43,993 nt of DNA, from the NCBI GenBank assembly GCA_021201035.1, contig JAJQFQ010000229.1, positions 1-43,993 of the forward strand, written 5' to 3'. Source of the DNA: Clostridiales bacterium. Its GTDB lineage: Bacteria > Bacillota > Clostridia > Lachnospirales > Lachnospiraceae. Shown piece by piece: positions 7,491 through 17,734 of this stretch. The translations under genes and the position numbers were made by a program. Each line of letters begins with the position of its first letter. Within the stretch, counting starts at the first letter, position 1. Under the pieces are notes generated by a model that saw nothing but the letters and a program-made list of their open reading frames with translations, was not told the DNA's origin and did not search any database.

Positions 7491-9986
7491 ATGCGCATAT
7501 GGAAGCAATGTCTGATTGTGGCGGCTGTGTTCATTGCCGGCCTTTTTGTTTTTGAAAAACTGACGAACCATGAGACACAGGATCTGACCGCAGATATGGC
7601 GGAGGCATCGCTTCCGGTGGTATATCTGATCGTGGGAGAGGAGCAGGTCAATGAACTTCACGGTTACACGACACAGATGGATGCTGCTTCTGTCCGCGAT
7701 ACCATCACCCCGGTGGAGTCCGGCAGTGTTTTGCCGATCAGTGTGGATTTGTACGGAAGTGAGATTACGTCGATCAGTTATGAAGTGAGAAGCCTTGATA
7801 CGACGCGTCTCGTACAGCAGTCTGAAGCCGGGAATCTTTCGGTCTCGGATGATACCGCGACAGCGGACCTGACAATACAGAATCTTCTGACGGACGGTGA
7901 AGAATATCTGCTGATTCTGGATGTAACGGTTGACGGGGAATCCTGTTATTTTTATACCCGTATTATTCAGGAGGAGGACAGCCATATCAGTGAGTGTATT
8001 TCTTTTGTCAGGGAATTTCATGAAATTACGATGGACAAGGATCGTCAGAGTGAACTGTCCTCCTATATGGAGCCTCAGTCAGGAGAGGATAATACCACGC
8101 TTCAGACGGTGACAATCAACAACAGCCTGTCACAGGCCTGCTGGGGAGATTTTGAGGGAACGGAGGTAACGGAACCGACCGCTTCCGTTAAGGAGTTAAA
8201 TGATTCCTATAATGTGATATTGCTGATATACATTCTTTCTTCCGTAGATGAAGACGGCAACGAAGAGTATTACAATGTGGAGGAGTATTACCGTGTCCGT
8301 TACGGTACGGAAAAGATGTATCTGCTGAGTTTTGAGCGTACGGTGGAAGAGATTTTTCAGGGGAATGAGAGTGACCTGCAATCGGATGCACTGGTACTGG
8401 GCATTCGCTCTTCTGATGTGGATTATATGGCGAACGAGGCCGGTACGGTCGTTTGCTTTGTGCAGCAGGGCGAGCTCTGGAGTTACAATACGGAATCAAA
8501 TAATCTGACGCAGGTGTTCAGTTTCCAGACGGACGGCGAGATGGATGTCAGGGAAAATTATGATGAACATGATATCCGTATTATCCGCACAAATGAGAGC
8601 GGAAGCGTAGATTTTATTGTATACGGATACATGAACCGGGGTGAACATGAAGGAGAGGTCGGCATCAGCGTATGTTATTATGACAGCACGACGAATACGG
8701 TGGAGGAGCGGCTGTTTATTCCTTCTTCGGAATCTTATCAGATCATGAAGGAAGAGATCGGTCAGGTGATGTACATTTCAGATACGGGACTCTTTTATCT
8801 GGTGATCGGTGATCAGGTTCACTGTGTGAATATGGAGACACTGGAGGATTCCGTATTTATCTCCGATTTGACGAAAGGTAATTATAAGAGCTCGGCGGAC
8901 GGCCGATATCTGGCATGGACCGAAGGGGACGCGGCGGAAGCGGTGACTCTGCATCTGACAGATCTGGAGAGCGGGATTACGACGGATATTGAAGCGGAGG
9001 AAGGCTCATATATCCGCCCACTGGGATTTCTGGAATCAGACTGTATTTACGGTCTGGCTCCGGAGGAAAATGTTTCAGAAGAGTCCGATATTTTTGCCAT
9101 GAGCCGGCTGGTGATCGTTGATTCGTCGGATGAGAATCTTTCCGTGTTAAAAACCTATGAGGCGGATGGTGCGTATGTGACAGATGTGACGGTGGACGAC
9201 GGTAATATTTATCTGCAGAGGATGACATACAGCGACGGTGTGTATATAGAGGCGGAGTCGGATACGATTTATAACCGGGATATGCAGGAGCAGGAACTGG
9301 TGTATGTTTCGTCTGTTACATCCGATATAAAACAGACAGAGGTGACACTGCAGATGTCTGTTTCCGTTTCCGGAACACCGGGCCTTCTGATACCGAAACA
9401 GATTATTCCGGAGGAAACCGTGACGTTTGAGTTGGCGGATCAGGATGAGGGCAGTGCGTATTATGTTTACGCAAAAGGAAAGGTTCTGCTTGGAACGGAT
9501 AGTGTGTCTGAAGCGGTGATGAGTGCGGATGAGAATCGCGGTGTGGTGATCGGGAGGAACCAGACATATGTATGGAAACGGGCGAAAGCATCATCACAGT
9601 CGCTCACGGTGACTGCTGCGGAAGGAAATTCTTCGCAGTCCCGGGCATTGAGTATCCTGCTCGCGCAGATAAATCTGTCTGCGGATACGGATGGGATGAC
9701 TGCCGACGGGAGCTCGGCATATGAGATCCTGGAAGAGACGGTAACAGACGGAACGGTTTATAATCTGACCGGCTGCAGTGCGGAGCAGACGCTGTATTTT
9801 GTCGGAACCGGGATGCCGGTATATGCCGTACTGAACGGGCAGGCCGTGTTGATCATCGGATATACAGACAGCAGTGTCAGCATTTATGATCCGATGACTG
9901 ACCTGACGACGGTGAAAACCCTCACGGCTGCCGCAGAGGAGTTCGCGGCGAGCGGCAATGTATTTCTGGCGGTTTCGGCAGAATGA
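7491..9986 (+). CDS. Large acidic membrane-anchored hypothetical protein
   Basis: 831-aa ORF, N-terminal hydrophobic anchor, beta-rich and very acidic extracellular region. Confidence 0.8.
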   Translation: MRIWKQCLIVAAVFIAGLFVFEKLTNHETQDLTADMAEASLPVVYLIVGEEQVNELHGYTTQMDAASVRDTITPVESGSVLPISVDLYGSEITSISYEVRSLDTTRLVQQSEAGNLSVSDDTATADLTIQNLLTDGEEYLLILDVTVDGESCYFYTRIIQEEDSHISECISFVREFHEITMDKDRQSELSSYMEPQSGEDNTTLQTVTINNSLSQACWGDFEGTEVTEPTASVKELNDSYNVILLIYILSSVDEDGNEEYYNVEEYYRVRYGTEKMYLLSFERTVEEIFQGNESDLQSDALVLGIRSSDVDYMANEAGTVVCFVQQGELWSYNTESNNLTQVFSFQTDGEMDVRENYDEHDIRIIRTNESGSVDFIVYGYMNRGEHEGEVGISVCYYDSTTNTVEERLFIPSSESYQIMKEEIGQVMYISDTGLFYLVIGDQVHCVNMETLEDSVFISDLTKGNYKSSADGRYLAWTEGDAAEAVTLHLTDLESGITTDIEAEEGSYIRPLGFLESDCIYGLAPEENVSEESDIFAMSRLVIVDSSDENLSVLKTYEADGAYVTDVTVDDGNIYLQRMTYSDGVYIEAESDTIYNRDMQEQELVYVSSVTSDIKQTEVTLQMSVSVSGTPGLLIPKQIIPEETVTFELADQDEGSAYYVYAKGKVLLGTDSVSEAVMSADENRGVVIGRNQTYVWKRAKASSQSLTVTAAEGNSSQSRALSILLAQINLSADTDGMTADGSSAYEILEETVTDGTVYNLTGCSAEQTLYFVGTGMPVYAVLNGQAVLIIGYTDSSVSIYDPMTDLTTVKTLTAAAEEFAASGNVFLAVSAE

Positions 9987-10015
9987 TATACGGACAGATC
10001 GGGAGAATTATGATC

Positions 10016-10050
10016 AGGCAGTCATGCACATGTGACTGCCTTTTTGTTTT
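10016..10050. terminator. Rho-independent terminator
   Basis: AGGCAGTCA-8 nt-TGACTGCCT followed by TTTTGTTTT, between convergent genes. Confidence 0.75.
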
Positions 10051-10068
10051 ATAGGGAGGTTCATCCTC

Positions 10069-10287
10069 TTATACTCTGGAAGAATCTTCATCTCTGGCGC
10101 GGTGAAGAAGAAAATGATATCTCATCTGCGCTGATTTTAACTGGTAGATATAACAGTCGATCAGATCAGGATCAAGGGCATGATCCAGATTCATATAAGC
10201 ACTGTCAAGATCGGCTTTAGCCTGCCGGATGGCTTCTGTAATACCTGTCCGGGGCGGTTCCTGCGCGGGATGCTTTCGTCGTTTCAT
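10069..10287 (-). CDS. yaaL: YaaL/DUF2508 family protein
   Basis: GGAG RBS; IRQAKADLDSAYMNLDHALDPDLIDCYIYQLKSAQMRYHFLL; adjacent to bofA. Confidence 0.75.
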   Translation of the reverse strand: MKRRKHPAQEPPRTGITEAIRQAKADLDSAYMNLDHALDPDLIDCYIYQLKSAQMRYHFLLHRARDEDSSRV

Positions 10288-10308
10288 GTTTAATCTCCAT
10301 TTCTCCGC

Positions 10309-10537
10309 CTGTCTGTTCACGACACTTTCATAGAAAACTTCCATTGCGCTGCTTATGCAGCGCGCCAACATCCATGAAAGTCGATGACTCCGCACTTCGT
10401 GCTCCCGTCATCGCCGCCGGTATTCGTATTCCGGCCTATCGGCCTACATACTCATACCGTCTTGGTCATCCAATATCCAGTCTCTTAGCCGTGCAAGCAC
10501 GTCACGAGTCTGTCTATTGTTGACACTTTCATAGAAA
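10309..10537. repeat. ~200 bp multi-hairpin element between direct repeats
   Basis: GACACTTTCATAGAAA at 10321-10336 and 10522-10537, each preceded by CTGTCT-N6, with four stem-loops in between. Confidence 0.65.
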
Positions 10538-10635
10538 GTATATCCTGAAAAATGGAAAATATTCGCAATAGTTGCCTGTCATAAATTTGCACAAAAATAA
10601 TATATTACAACAAACAGAAAAACCGGAACAGACGT

Positions 10636-10908
10636 ATGGATATGAGAATGGGAATACTGGCGGTCGCCGGGGTGTGCATCCTGGTTCTTCTGATCGGAAT
10701 TATAAAGAAAAAGGGCGAGTTTCTGCTGAATTTTGCGACCCGGACGGTCGTCTGTCTGATTGTGGCTTATTTTCTGAATTCCCTGTTTGCGGCTCGTGGA
10801 ATGGATGTTGCGGTCGGTGTTAATCCCATCAGTGTTTTGACATTCGGAAGCCTTGGTTTTTGCGGGATGCTGGCACTTTACGGCATACTTTTACTTCAGT
10901 TATTGTGA
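10636..10908 (+). CDS. bofA: Pro-sigmaK processing inhibitor BofA family protein
   Basis: 90-aa hydrophobic protein with the VGVNPISVLTFGSLGFCG motif; next to the yaaL-like gene. Confidence 0.8.
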   Translation: MDMRMGILAVAGVCILVLLIGIIKKKGEFLLNFATRTVVCLIVAYFLNSLFAARGMDVAVGVNPISVLTFGSLGFCGMLALYGILLLQLL

Positions 10909-10945
10909 AAATGCACAAGAAGAAAATTTACGTAAAAATTGGGTG

Positions 10946-10974
10946 TAGACAACAGGGGAACAGATGGTTATAAT
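10946..10974 (+). promoter_or_regulatory. Sigma-A promoter of the tad operon
   Basis: TAGACA, 17 bp, TATAAT. Confidence 0.65.
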
Positions 10975-11000
10975 CGGAATCACCTTAAAAAATTGAGGAG

Positions 11001-11546
11001 GTGAGGACGATTGGAAGCTGCATGCATGTTTATGTTACACTGGTGATTCTGTTCATTTCTGTGGTAGAGGATCTTTGTACCGACAGGATTCCGAATCACT
11101 GGATATGTACAGGATTTGCGGCAGGTGTTTTTCTGCTGATTCTGCCCTGGACCACGATCGGATGTACCGGTTTTCTGACGGGTTTGCTGATACCGTTTCT
11201 GATCGGATGGATACCGTTTCGCATGGGGGCGATCGGAGCCGGGGATGTGAAGCTGCTGCTGGTGGTTGGCTGTCTGAACGGCGGCAGAGACGTTTTTTAC
11301 TGTATCTTTTTATCTTTCCTGTTTGCAGCAGGAATCTCGCTCGGCAAATTGCTGAGTCTCAGACAATTCAAAAGCAGTCTGATGTTATGTTTTCAATTTT
11401 TTCAAAGCATATTTTTGCAGAAGAAGATGGAATTGTATCCGGAGAGGCATAGAAAAGGCCATACCATACATTTTTCAATAGCTGTATTTTTCGGATATGC
11501 TGCCTGGTGGGGGGGTGAGCACATGCAGGAGCATGTTATTTTTCTA
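11001..11546 (+). CDS. Prepilin peptidase (A24 family, TadV/CpaA-like); appears fused to the next gene through a G7 tract
   Basis: VEDLCTDRIPN and IGAGDVKLL catalytic Asp motifs. Removing one G from 11509-11515 gives ...WWGVSTCRSMLFF* ending at 11546. Confidence 0.75.
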
Positions 11547-12499
11547 GGCGGATTTGAGCTTGCTTATATGCAGAAACTGGCACTGTATTTCAACTCGCGT
11601 CTCAGTCATGATACAAGGGTTGAAATTATGAATGTGTTATCTGAGCCGTTAGCGCCGGAAGGCAATACGGTGTGGATCGGTTCGGAACATTTTATCGGAG
11701 AGGTCAGGCAAAGACGGGAAGAAGCGTCCTGTGTTGTCCTGGCGGAGGATGTTTCCGAGGACGTATCACATGTGTTTCGATATCAGCCATGTGAAAAACT
11801 TTATCAGAAAGTGATGTTCCGTTATCGGCAGATGCAGGGATTTCCGGTTGTATCTGTTGATGACATCCGGCAGACATGGTTCGTGATTACGACGGATGCA
11901 GCTCCGTCTTCCCTGCTGGCTTTTTCAGTCACCTTTGCGCAGATTCTGGGAGAAAGAGGCGGGGTCTTATATCTGAATCTGTCTGAATGCAGCGGGATGG
12001 AGGATGTATTTTTGCTGGAACGGGGAATGGATCTGACGGATGCGGCTGTTGAACTCCGGAAGGACGGTGAGGTCTGTCTGGATGCCTGTATCAGACGGCT
12101 GGAACAAATGGATTATATTATGCCTCCCGTGAATCCCATGATTCTGCATGAACTGCGGGAACGGGAGGTGCAGAGACTGATTCGGGCCGTGAAACAGAAG
12201 CGGGAGTATGCTTATGTTGTTGTGGCGTTGGGAAGCAGTTGCTGCGGATGTGAGTTTTTTTCCGTACCGCTGCGAGAATCATCCATCTTGCCGGTCAGGG
12301 TTATCTTTCCTCGTGCGGCCGAAAGGACTGGGTCAGATTTATTCGTTTATGTCTCGGAGAGAAGCAGACTCCGGTAGAGCAGATCAGTGTTCCGCAGATT
12401 TTTGCGGACCAGGGCGGCATTCATCTGATCCATGAATGGCAGGAGGATGCTTTGGGACAGGCGGTCAGAGCCTGTCTGGACAGGGAGGTGGAAGAGTAG
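11523..12499 (+). CDS. TadZ/CpaE-like pilus assembly protein (degenerate ParA/MinD-like), frameshift in the T7 run near 12255-12261
   Basis: ATG 11523 with a G-rich RBS; HVFRYQ...VLYLNLSECSG motifs. Adding one T extends the frame to TAG 12499, overlapping the cpaF start. Confidence 0.65.
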
Positions 12500-13737
12500 T
12501 GCCGGAAGAATGGCAGGAGATCCGTTCGCAGATACTGGAAGAAATGGATCTGACCAGAGATGTTCCGGATGAGGAACTTCAGGAAATGATTGCGCAGTAT
12601 GTCGGGCGTTACAGCAGACAGCATCTGATTTCTCTGGAGAAACGGGCGGAATATCAGAGACGTATTTTCCATTCGTTTCGTCGGTTGGATGTGATTCAGG
12701 ATCTGCTGGATGATGACGAGATTACTGAGATTATGGTAAATGGTCCGGAACATATTTTTTACGAAAAATCCGGTCGGATTTATCCTTGGAACGGCGGCAG
12801 TCTGACCGCTGAGAGACTGGCGGATGTGATTCAGCAGATTGTCGGAGGCGCAAACCGGACGGTTAATGAGTCACAGCCGATTGCGGATGCGAGGCTTGCG
12901 GATGGTTCCCGGGTAAACGTTGTATTGTCGCCGATCGCTATTGACGGATCAGCACTGTCGATCCGAAAGTTTTTTCGGGAACCCATGACGCTGGACAAGC
13001 TGATTTCCATTGGTTCGATTTCAAAGGAGGCGGCGGATTTTCTGGCGCTTTTGGTCAGAGCCGGCTATAACATTTTTGTGTCGGGAGGTACCGGTTCAGG
13101 GAAGACGACTTTTTTAAATGCTCTGTCGGAGTATATTCCTCCGACACAACGGGTCGTGACGATTGAAGATTCGGCAGAGCTGCAGATGAAATCCATTCCC
13201 AATCTGGTGCGCCTGGAAGCGAGGAACAGCAACAGAAGCGGTGCGGAGGAGATCAGCATCCGGGATCTGATCCGGACGGCGCTGAGGATGCGTCCGGATC
13301 GGCTGATCGTAGGCGAATGCAGGGGAGGAGAAGCTCTCGATATGCTTCAGGCTATGAATACGGGGCATGACGGAAGCTTGTCTACCGGGCATGCAAACAG
13401 CAGTGAGGACATGCTCTCCCGTCTGGAAACCATGGTTCTCATGGCGATGAATCTGCCGATGGAGGCGATTCGCAGACAGATCGCATCGGGAATCGATATT
13501 CTGGTACATCTCGGCAGACTGCGTGACAGAAGCAGGAAGGTGCTTTGTATTTCGGAAATTCAGGGCATCCATGACGGAAAGATCTGTCTTTCTGCTCTGT
13601 ATCGATTTGAGGAGACGGAAGAAAGAGAGGGAAAGATATATGGCGTCTGGAAAAAAGAGGGGGATTTACAACATACCCAAAAACTTCAGTTTGAAGGACT
13701 GGCAGAAGCGTACGAAGGGCTCCGGAAGACGGAATGA
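12499..13737 (+). CDS. cpaF: CpaF/TadA pilus assembly ATPase
   Basis: Walker A GGTGSGKTT, TIEDSAEL, LRMRPDRLIVGECRG, AMNTGHDGSLSTGHAN; GTG start after GGAGG. Confidence 0.95.
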   Translation: MPEEWQEIRSQILEEMDLTRDVPDEELQEMIAQYVGRYSRQHLISLEKRAEYQRRIFHSFRRLDVIQDLLDDDEITEIMVNGPEHIFYEKSGRIYPWNGGSLTAERLADVIQQIVGGANRTVNESQPIADARLADGSRVNVVLSPIAIDGSALSIRKFFREPMTLDKLISIGSISKEAADFLALLVRAGYNIFVSGGTGSGKTTFLNALSEYIPPTQRVVTIEDSAELQMKSIPNLVRLEARNSNRSGAEEISIRDLIRTALRMRPDRLIVGECRGGEALDMLQAMNTGHDGSLSTGHANSSEDMLSRLETMVLMAMNLPMEAIRRQIASGIDILVHLGRLRDRSRKVLCISEIQGIHDGKICLSALYRFEETEEREGKIYGVWKKEGDLQHTQKLQFEGLAEAYEGLRKTE

Positions 13738-14482
13738 AAAACGGAGCGGTCCGTATCATACCCGCCTTCCTCCGGGGTGGATGGTCAGGCAGATCGTTCC
13801 AGGAGCGGTGCTTTCCGCGGGGGCGGCATTTGTATTCTATCGGTCTGCCTGGGCGATGATTCTCGGAATTTTTATCGTTCCGCTCTATATAAAAAGCAGC
13901 AGAAAACGATGGATGCAGAAACATCTTCAGGAATTGCGTCAGCAGTTTATTTCCGCTATGCAGATGGTTTCCGGTTCTTTGAGCGCAGGCTATTCCATGG
14001 AAAACGCATGGAGAAGAGCAGAGCAGGAAATGAACTCGCTGTACGGAGAGAACGCGGAGTTTTGCATGGATCTGCGGTATATGAATCAGAGAATGGCGAT
14101 GAATGAATCTCTGGAAAAAATACTGACGGAATATGCAGGACAGAGTGATGTCGAAGACATTTGTCAGTTCGCGGAAATATTTTCTTATGCGAAGCGAAGC
14201 GGCGGAGATCTGACTGAGATCATCCGTTCCGTGACGGGACGGATGCAGCAGAAGGCGGAGATCCTTTCCGATATTGAAACAGCTGTCGCATCAAAGAAAA
14301 TGGAACAGGGGATGATGAATCTGCTGCTGCCGGGTGTTCTGCTGTTCGTGACGGTCAGCTCACCGTCTTATGTCATCACATTGTACCATAATGCTCTGGG
14401 AGTTCTGGTCATGAGTGTTTGTCTGGGAGGTTATCTGTGCTGTATTTTCTGGTCGGAACGATTGACAGATATTCAGGTATAA
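13691..14482 (+). CDS. tadB: TadB-like (T2SS F family) membrane platform protein; start uncertain
   Basis: SLSAGYSMENA...FAEIFSYAKRSGGDL motif, transmembrane segments, position after cpaF. Confidence 0.8.
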   Translation: MKDWQKRTKGSGRRNEKRSGPYHTRLPPGWMVRQIVPGAVLSAGAAFVFYRSAWAMILGIFIVPLYIKSSRKRWMQKHLQELRQQFISAMQMVSGSLSAGYSMENAWRRAEQEMNSLYGENAEFCMDLRYMNQRMAMNESLEKILTEYAGQSDVEDICQFAEIFSYAKRSGGDLTEIIRSVTGRMQQKAEILSDIETAVASKKMEQGMMNLLLPGVLLFVTVSSPSYVITLYHNALGVLVMSVCLGGYLCCIFWSERLTDIQV

Positions 14483-14493
14483 GAGATTGTGGA

Positions 14494-15849
14494 ATGAAAA
14501 AGAAAAGAAATACAGACATTAAGAATCATAAGATAATGAAGATGCTGGAAACCCATAAAAAATCCGTACTGATCTTTGGGCTGTTTGCACTGCTGTCGGC
14601 GGGCATGTGGCTGAAGGATCAGGCGGACAGGGGGAACTTCGAGGGTATTGTTGAGAGAGAGGCCGGGGGTGTCGCCGCACAGAGCAGGATATATTCATTT
14701 CGTCTGGAAAAGGATACGGATGCGGAGACCTCGTCTGAAGAATTGACGGTTTTCGGAGACGGGAATGTTTCCGGCGGACAGGATGATGAACTTGCGGATT
14801 CCGGTGAACTGGAGCTTGACGTGTTTCCCGTTCAGCCGGATTCCGGTGAAATTTATTCTCTGCTTGAGGAGGCTGTTGACGCATGGGAGGCGGTTTTTCT
14901 GGGGGAAAATGATTCTGTCAATGAGGTGAGGGAGAATCTTGTCCTTCCGTCTGAGATCTGCGACGGACTTGTTCTGATCTCTTACGAGAGCAGCGATTAC
15001 GGAGTCCTTCAAATCGATGGTACGATTGAGACAGATACGTTGACGGATGAAGGTGCGCTGGTCGAACTGACCGCGGTTTTTTCCTATGGGGAGTATGAGC
15101 AGATTGAGACAGTGACGCTTCGGATTTTGCCGCCAGCGGAGGGAAGCGCGGATTGGATTTACAGTGAACTGGAAAAAGCAGCGCAGCAGGCGGAGGAGGA
15201 GAGCCGGGAGGAAGACAGTTTTTCGCTTCCGGAATCCATTGCAGGATATCGCATCGTCTGGGAGGAGAATCGGGAATATCAGTGGCTCTATTTCCTGCTG
15301 ATCGGAGCAGTTCTGGTGATTTGCCTGGAGCAGAGAGAAAAACAGGCGGAAAAGGAAAGAAAGAAAAAGCGGATGGAACAGCTGGAATATGCATATCCGC
15401 AGATGGTGGATCAGTTTTCGGTTTTAATTGACAGTGGTATGACGATTCGCGGCGCATGGGAAAGAATATTAAAAAAAGATACGTATGCCGGTTACGGAAA
15501 TACTGCGAAAAACCGATCAGGGAACAGCGCTTTGCTGGAAGAAATGTGGATTACATATCGTGAGATCAGGGAAGGCCGGGGCGAACGGGAGGCATATGAA
15601 CGTTTTGGCAGCCGCATCGGTTTGATGTTTTATAAAAGGTTCAGTTCGATTCTGGCACAAAATTTATCCAAGGGAACGCGGGATATGAAGGAGCTTTTGC
15701 AGAAGGAATCGCTGGAGGCGATGGAGATGCGGAAGAACCGGGCCCGCAGACTGGGTGAGGAGGCAGGTACGAAACTGCTGTTTCCGATGCTTGTCATGCT
15801 GATGCTGATTCTGCTGGTATTGCTGCTGCCGGCATTGACCAGTCTGTAG
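14494..15849 (+). CDS. tadC: TadC-like (T2SS F family) protein with a large extracellular domain
   Basis: YPQMVDQFSVLIDSGMTIRGAW...ARRLGEEAGTKLLFPM. Confidence 0.8.
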   Translation: MKKKRNTDIKNHKIMKMLETHKKSVLIFGLFALLSAGMWLKDQADRGNFEGIVEREAGGVAAQSRIYSFRLEKDTDAETSSEELTVFGDGNVSGGQDDELADSGELELDVFPVQPDSGEIYSLLEEAVDAWEAVFLGENDSVNEVRENLVLPSEICDGLVLISYESSDYGVLQIDGTIETDTLTDEGALVELTAVFSYGEYEQIETVTLRILPPAEGSADWIYSELEKAAQQAEEESREEDSFSLPESIAGYRIVWEENREYQWLYFLLIGAVLVICLEQREKQAEKERKKKRMEQLEYAYPQMVDQFSVLIDSGMTIRGAWERILKKDTYAGYGNTAKNRSGNSALLEEMWITYREIREGRGEREAYERFGSRIGLMFYKRFSSILAQNLSKGTRDMKELLQKESLEAMEMRKNRARRLGEEAGTKLLFPMLVMLMLILLVLLLPALTSL

Positions 15850-15949
15850 AGGGACATGAGGTAACTATTCAGGACAGCATTTCGCACTTGCGGCACTTTA
15901 TTTCAGAGTGCGGACAGGTAAACGTCGAGTGAAAGGACAGGGGGAGTAT

Positions 15950-16117
15950 ATGAACGAATTAAAACGGTTTATAACGGAAGAAGATGGTATCGGCACTGTG
16001 GAAATCATTCTTATTTTGGTTGTGATTATCGGCCTGATCATCATATTTAAAAGCCAGCTGACGACATTGGTAAACAACACGTTTTCCAATATCAGCAATA
16101 AGGCGGGAACATTGTAA
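15950..16117 (+). CDS. flp: Flp1-family type IVc (Tad) major pilin
   Basis: MNELKRFITEEDG|IGTVEIILILVVIIGLIIIFK: prepilin Gly cleavage site, Glu at +5, hydrophobic helix. Confidence 0.9.
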   Translation: MNELKRFITEEDGIGTVEIILILVVIIGLIIIFKSQLTTLVNNTFSNISNKAGTL

Positions 16118-17703
16118 TGAAAAACAGAGGCAGTATCACGCTGTTTCTGGCCATGCTGCTGACATGTTTTTTTTCGGCAGTCTTCGCTTTCCTGGAGGCT
16201 GCCCGTGTCAGCGGTCTGAAAGCAAACTGTCAGATCAGTACCGTGCAGGCGGCAGATACTGTAATGGCATCCTATGACAGGACTCTTTGGGACGAATATC
16301 ATCTGTTGTTCTGGCAGACTTCGGAGAGCGATGTTCCGAATTTTGATGCAATGGAGAGCTTGCAGCAGGACGCGGTTGAGGGAAACCAGACATCCTCCGC
16401 GGGTTCTCAGAAAAATTACTATATGCTTCAGGTTCATCTCGCGGAGGTTACGACGAATACATATCAACTGGCGACGGATAACGGCGGAGCGGCTTTCCGG
16501 GAAGAGGCGGCAGAGATGATGAAATATACTGTCGCTGAGGAGACGTTGAATACGATGCTGGCGTGGGTGGCCGGGCAGGATGTATCCGGGGAATCACAGA
16601 CAGATCTGGAATCGGAAGCCATTGACGCATTGGAAACGCTGGAAACAGCTGTGAGTGCAGATGAAGCGTCATCCGCAGCAGGTGAGGGAGAAACGACCGG
16701 AGTATCCTCAGAAACAGAAAATGGAGAAACGACCGGAACATCCTCTGAAACAGAAAGCGGCGAAACGGTTGGAGCCGCGTCTGATACAGAGGGCGGGGGA
16801 GCGGGCACGATGGATAATACGGCAGCAGGAGTTTCGGTTTCGGATAATCCGTTGATGTGGGTAAGGAAAATGAAGAAAAACGGAGTTCTGGCGTTTGTGA
16901 TGTCTGAGGAAACTATTTCACAGAAATCGATAGATACAAGTTCCTGTATCATGAAGCGTACGCTGGAAAGCGGAAATATGAATGTCTCATCAGATCAGAC
17001 GAGTGTGGAAAAAATGTTGTTTTACCTGTATCTGGAACAGTATTTTACAGATGCCTCGGATGATTCCGCAGACCATGTCCTGGAGTATGAACTGGAATAT
17101 ATGATTGCGGGAAAGGCGGAGGATCAGGAGAATTTAAAAGCAGTTGTGCGGCGCTTGCTGTTGATACGGGAAGCCGCGAATCTGGCGTATCTTGAATCCG
17201 ACGCGGAAAAACGGCAGGAGGCCGCAGCGGTTGCAGTGTCTTTGGCGGCCGCGGTGGGACACCCGGAACTGGAACCTCTGGTACAACAGGGAATACTGGC
17301 GGCCTGGGCTTATGCCGAATCGCTGAGTGATGTCCGTATTTTGCTGGAAGGCGGTAAAGTGTCTCTTGTGAAAACATCGGCTCAGTGGCATACCGATCTG
17401 GGGAATCTTTCGACGACAGTTTTTTCTGTAAGCGGAGATGATCAGACAGAAGGGCTCTCCTACGAGAATTATCTGGTTCTTTTGATGTGGATGGTTTCGG
17501 ATGAAAAGCTGGCGCAGCGGGCGATGGATATGATTGAAAAAAATACGGGCGTCAGGATGGATCTGATGGTCTGTCGTGCGGAGTGTGATTATGTATATGA
17601 AGCATCACCCTTATTCTGGAATTATGTCACATTAGGACAGCATACTTTTGGGACGTATCAGTTCCGGGATCAGAACACGATTTCATTTATCGGATCCGGG
17701 TAG
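16117..17703 (+). CDS. DUF5702-like Tad minor pilin/accessory protein
   Basis: Pilin-like RG|SITLFL N-terminus; LEYELEYMIAGKAEDQENL and AWAYAESLSDV motifs. Confidence 0.8.
   Translation: MKNRGSITLFLAMLLTCFFSAVFAFLEAARVSGLKANCQISTVQAADTVMASYDRTLWDEYHLLFWQTSESDVPNFDAMESLQQDAVEGNQTSSAGSQKNYYMLQVHLAEVTTNTYQLATDNGGAAFREEAAEMMKYTVAEETLNTMLAWVAGQDVSGESQTDLESEAIDALETLETAVSADEASSAAGEGETTGVSSETENGETTGTSSETESGETVGAASDTEGGGAGTMDNTAAGVSVSDNPLMWVRKMKKNGVLAFVMSEETISQKSIDTSSCIMKRTLESGNMNVSSDQTSVEKMLFYLYLEQYFTDASDDSADHVLEYELEYMIAGKAEDQENLKAVVRRLLLIREAANLAYLESDAEKRQEAAAVAVSLAAAVGHPELEPLVQQGILAAWAYAESLSDVRILLEGGKVSLVKTSAQWHTDLGNLSTTVFSVSGDDQTEGLSYENYLVLLMWMVSDEKLAQRAMDMIEKNTGVRMDLMVCRAECDYVYEASPLFWNYVTLGQHTFGTYQFRDQNTISFIGSG
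16687..16794 (+). repeat. Three 36-bp coding tandem repeats (GETTGxSSETEx)
   Basis: GETTGVSSETEN / GETTGTSSETES / GETVGAASDTEG. Confidence 0.75.
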
Positions 17704-17734
17704 CGGAGTATATGAAGGAGGCGGACATATTACA

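Noticed and set aside
11001-12377. 458-aa prepilin peptidase-TadZ fusion as a novel protein
   Set aside because: It depends on one extra G in a G7 tract and one missing T in a T7 tract; correcting both gives two ordinary overlapping genes
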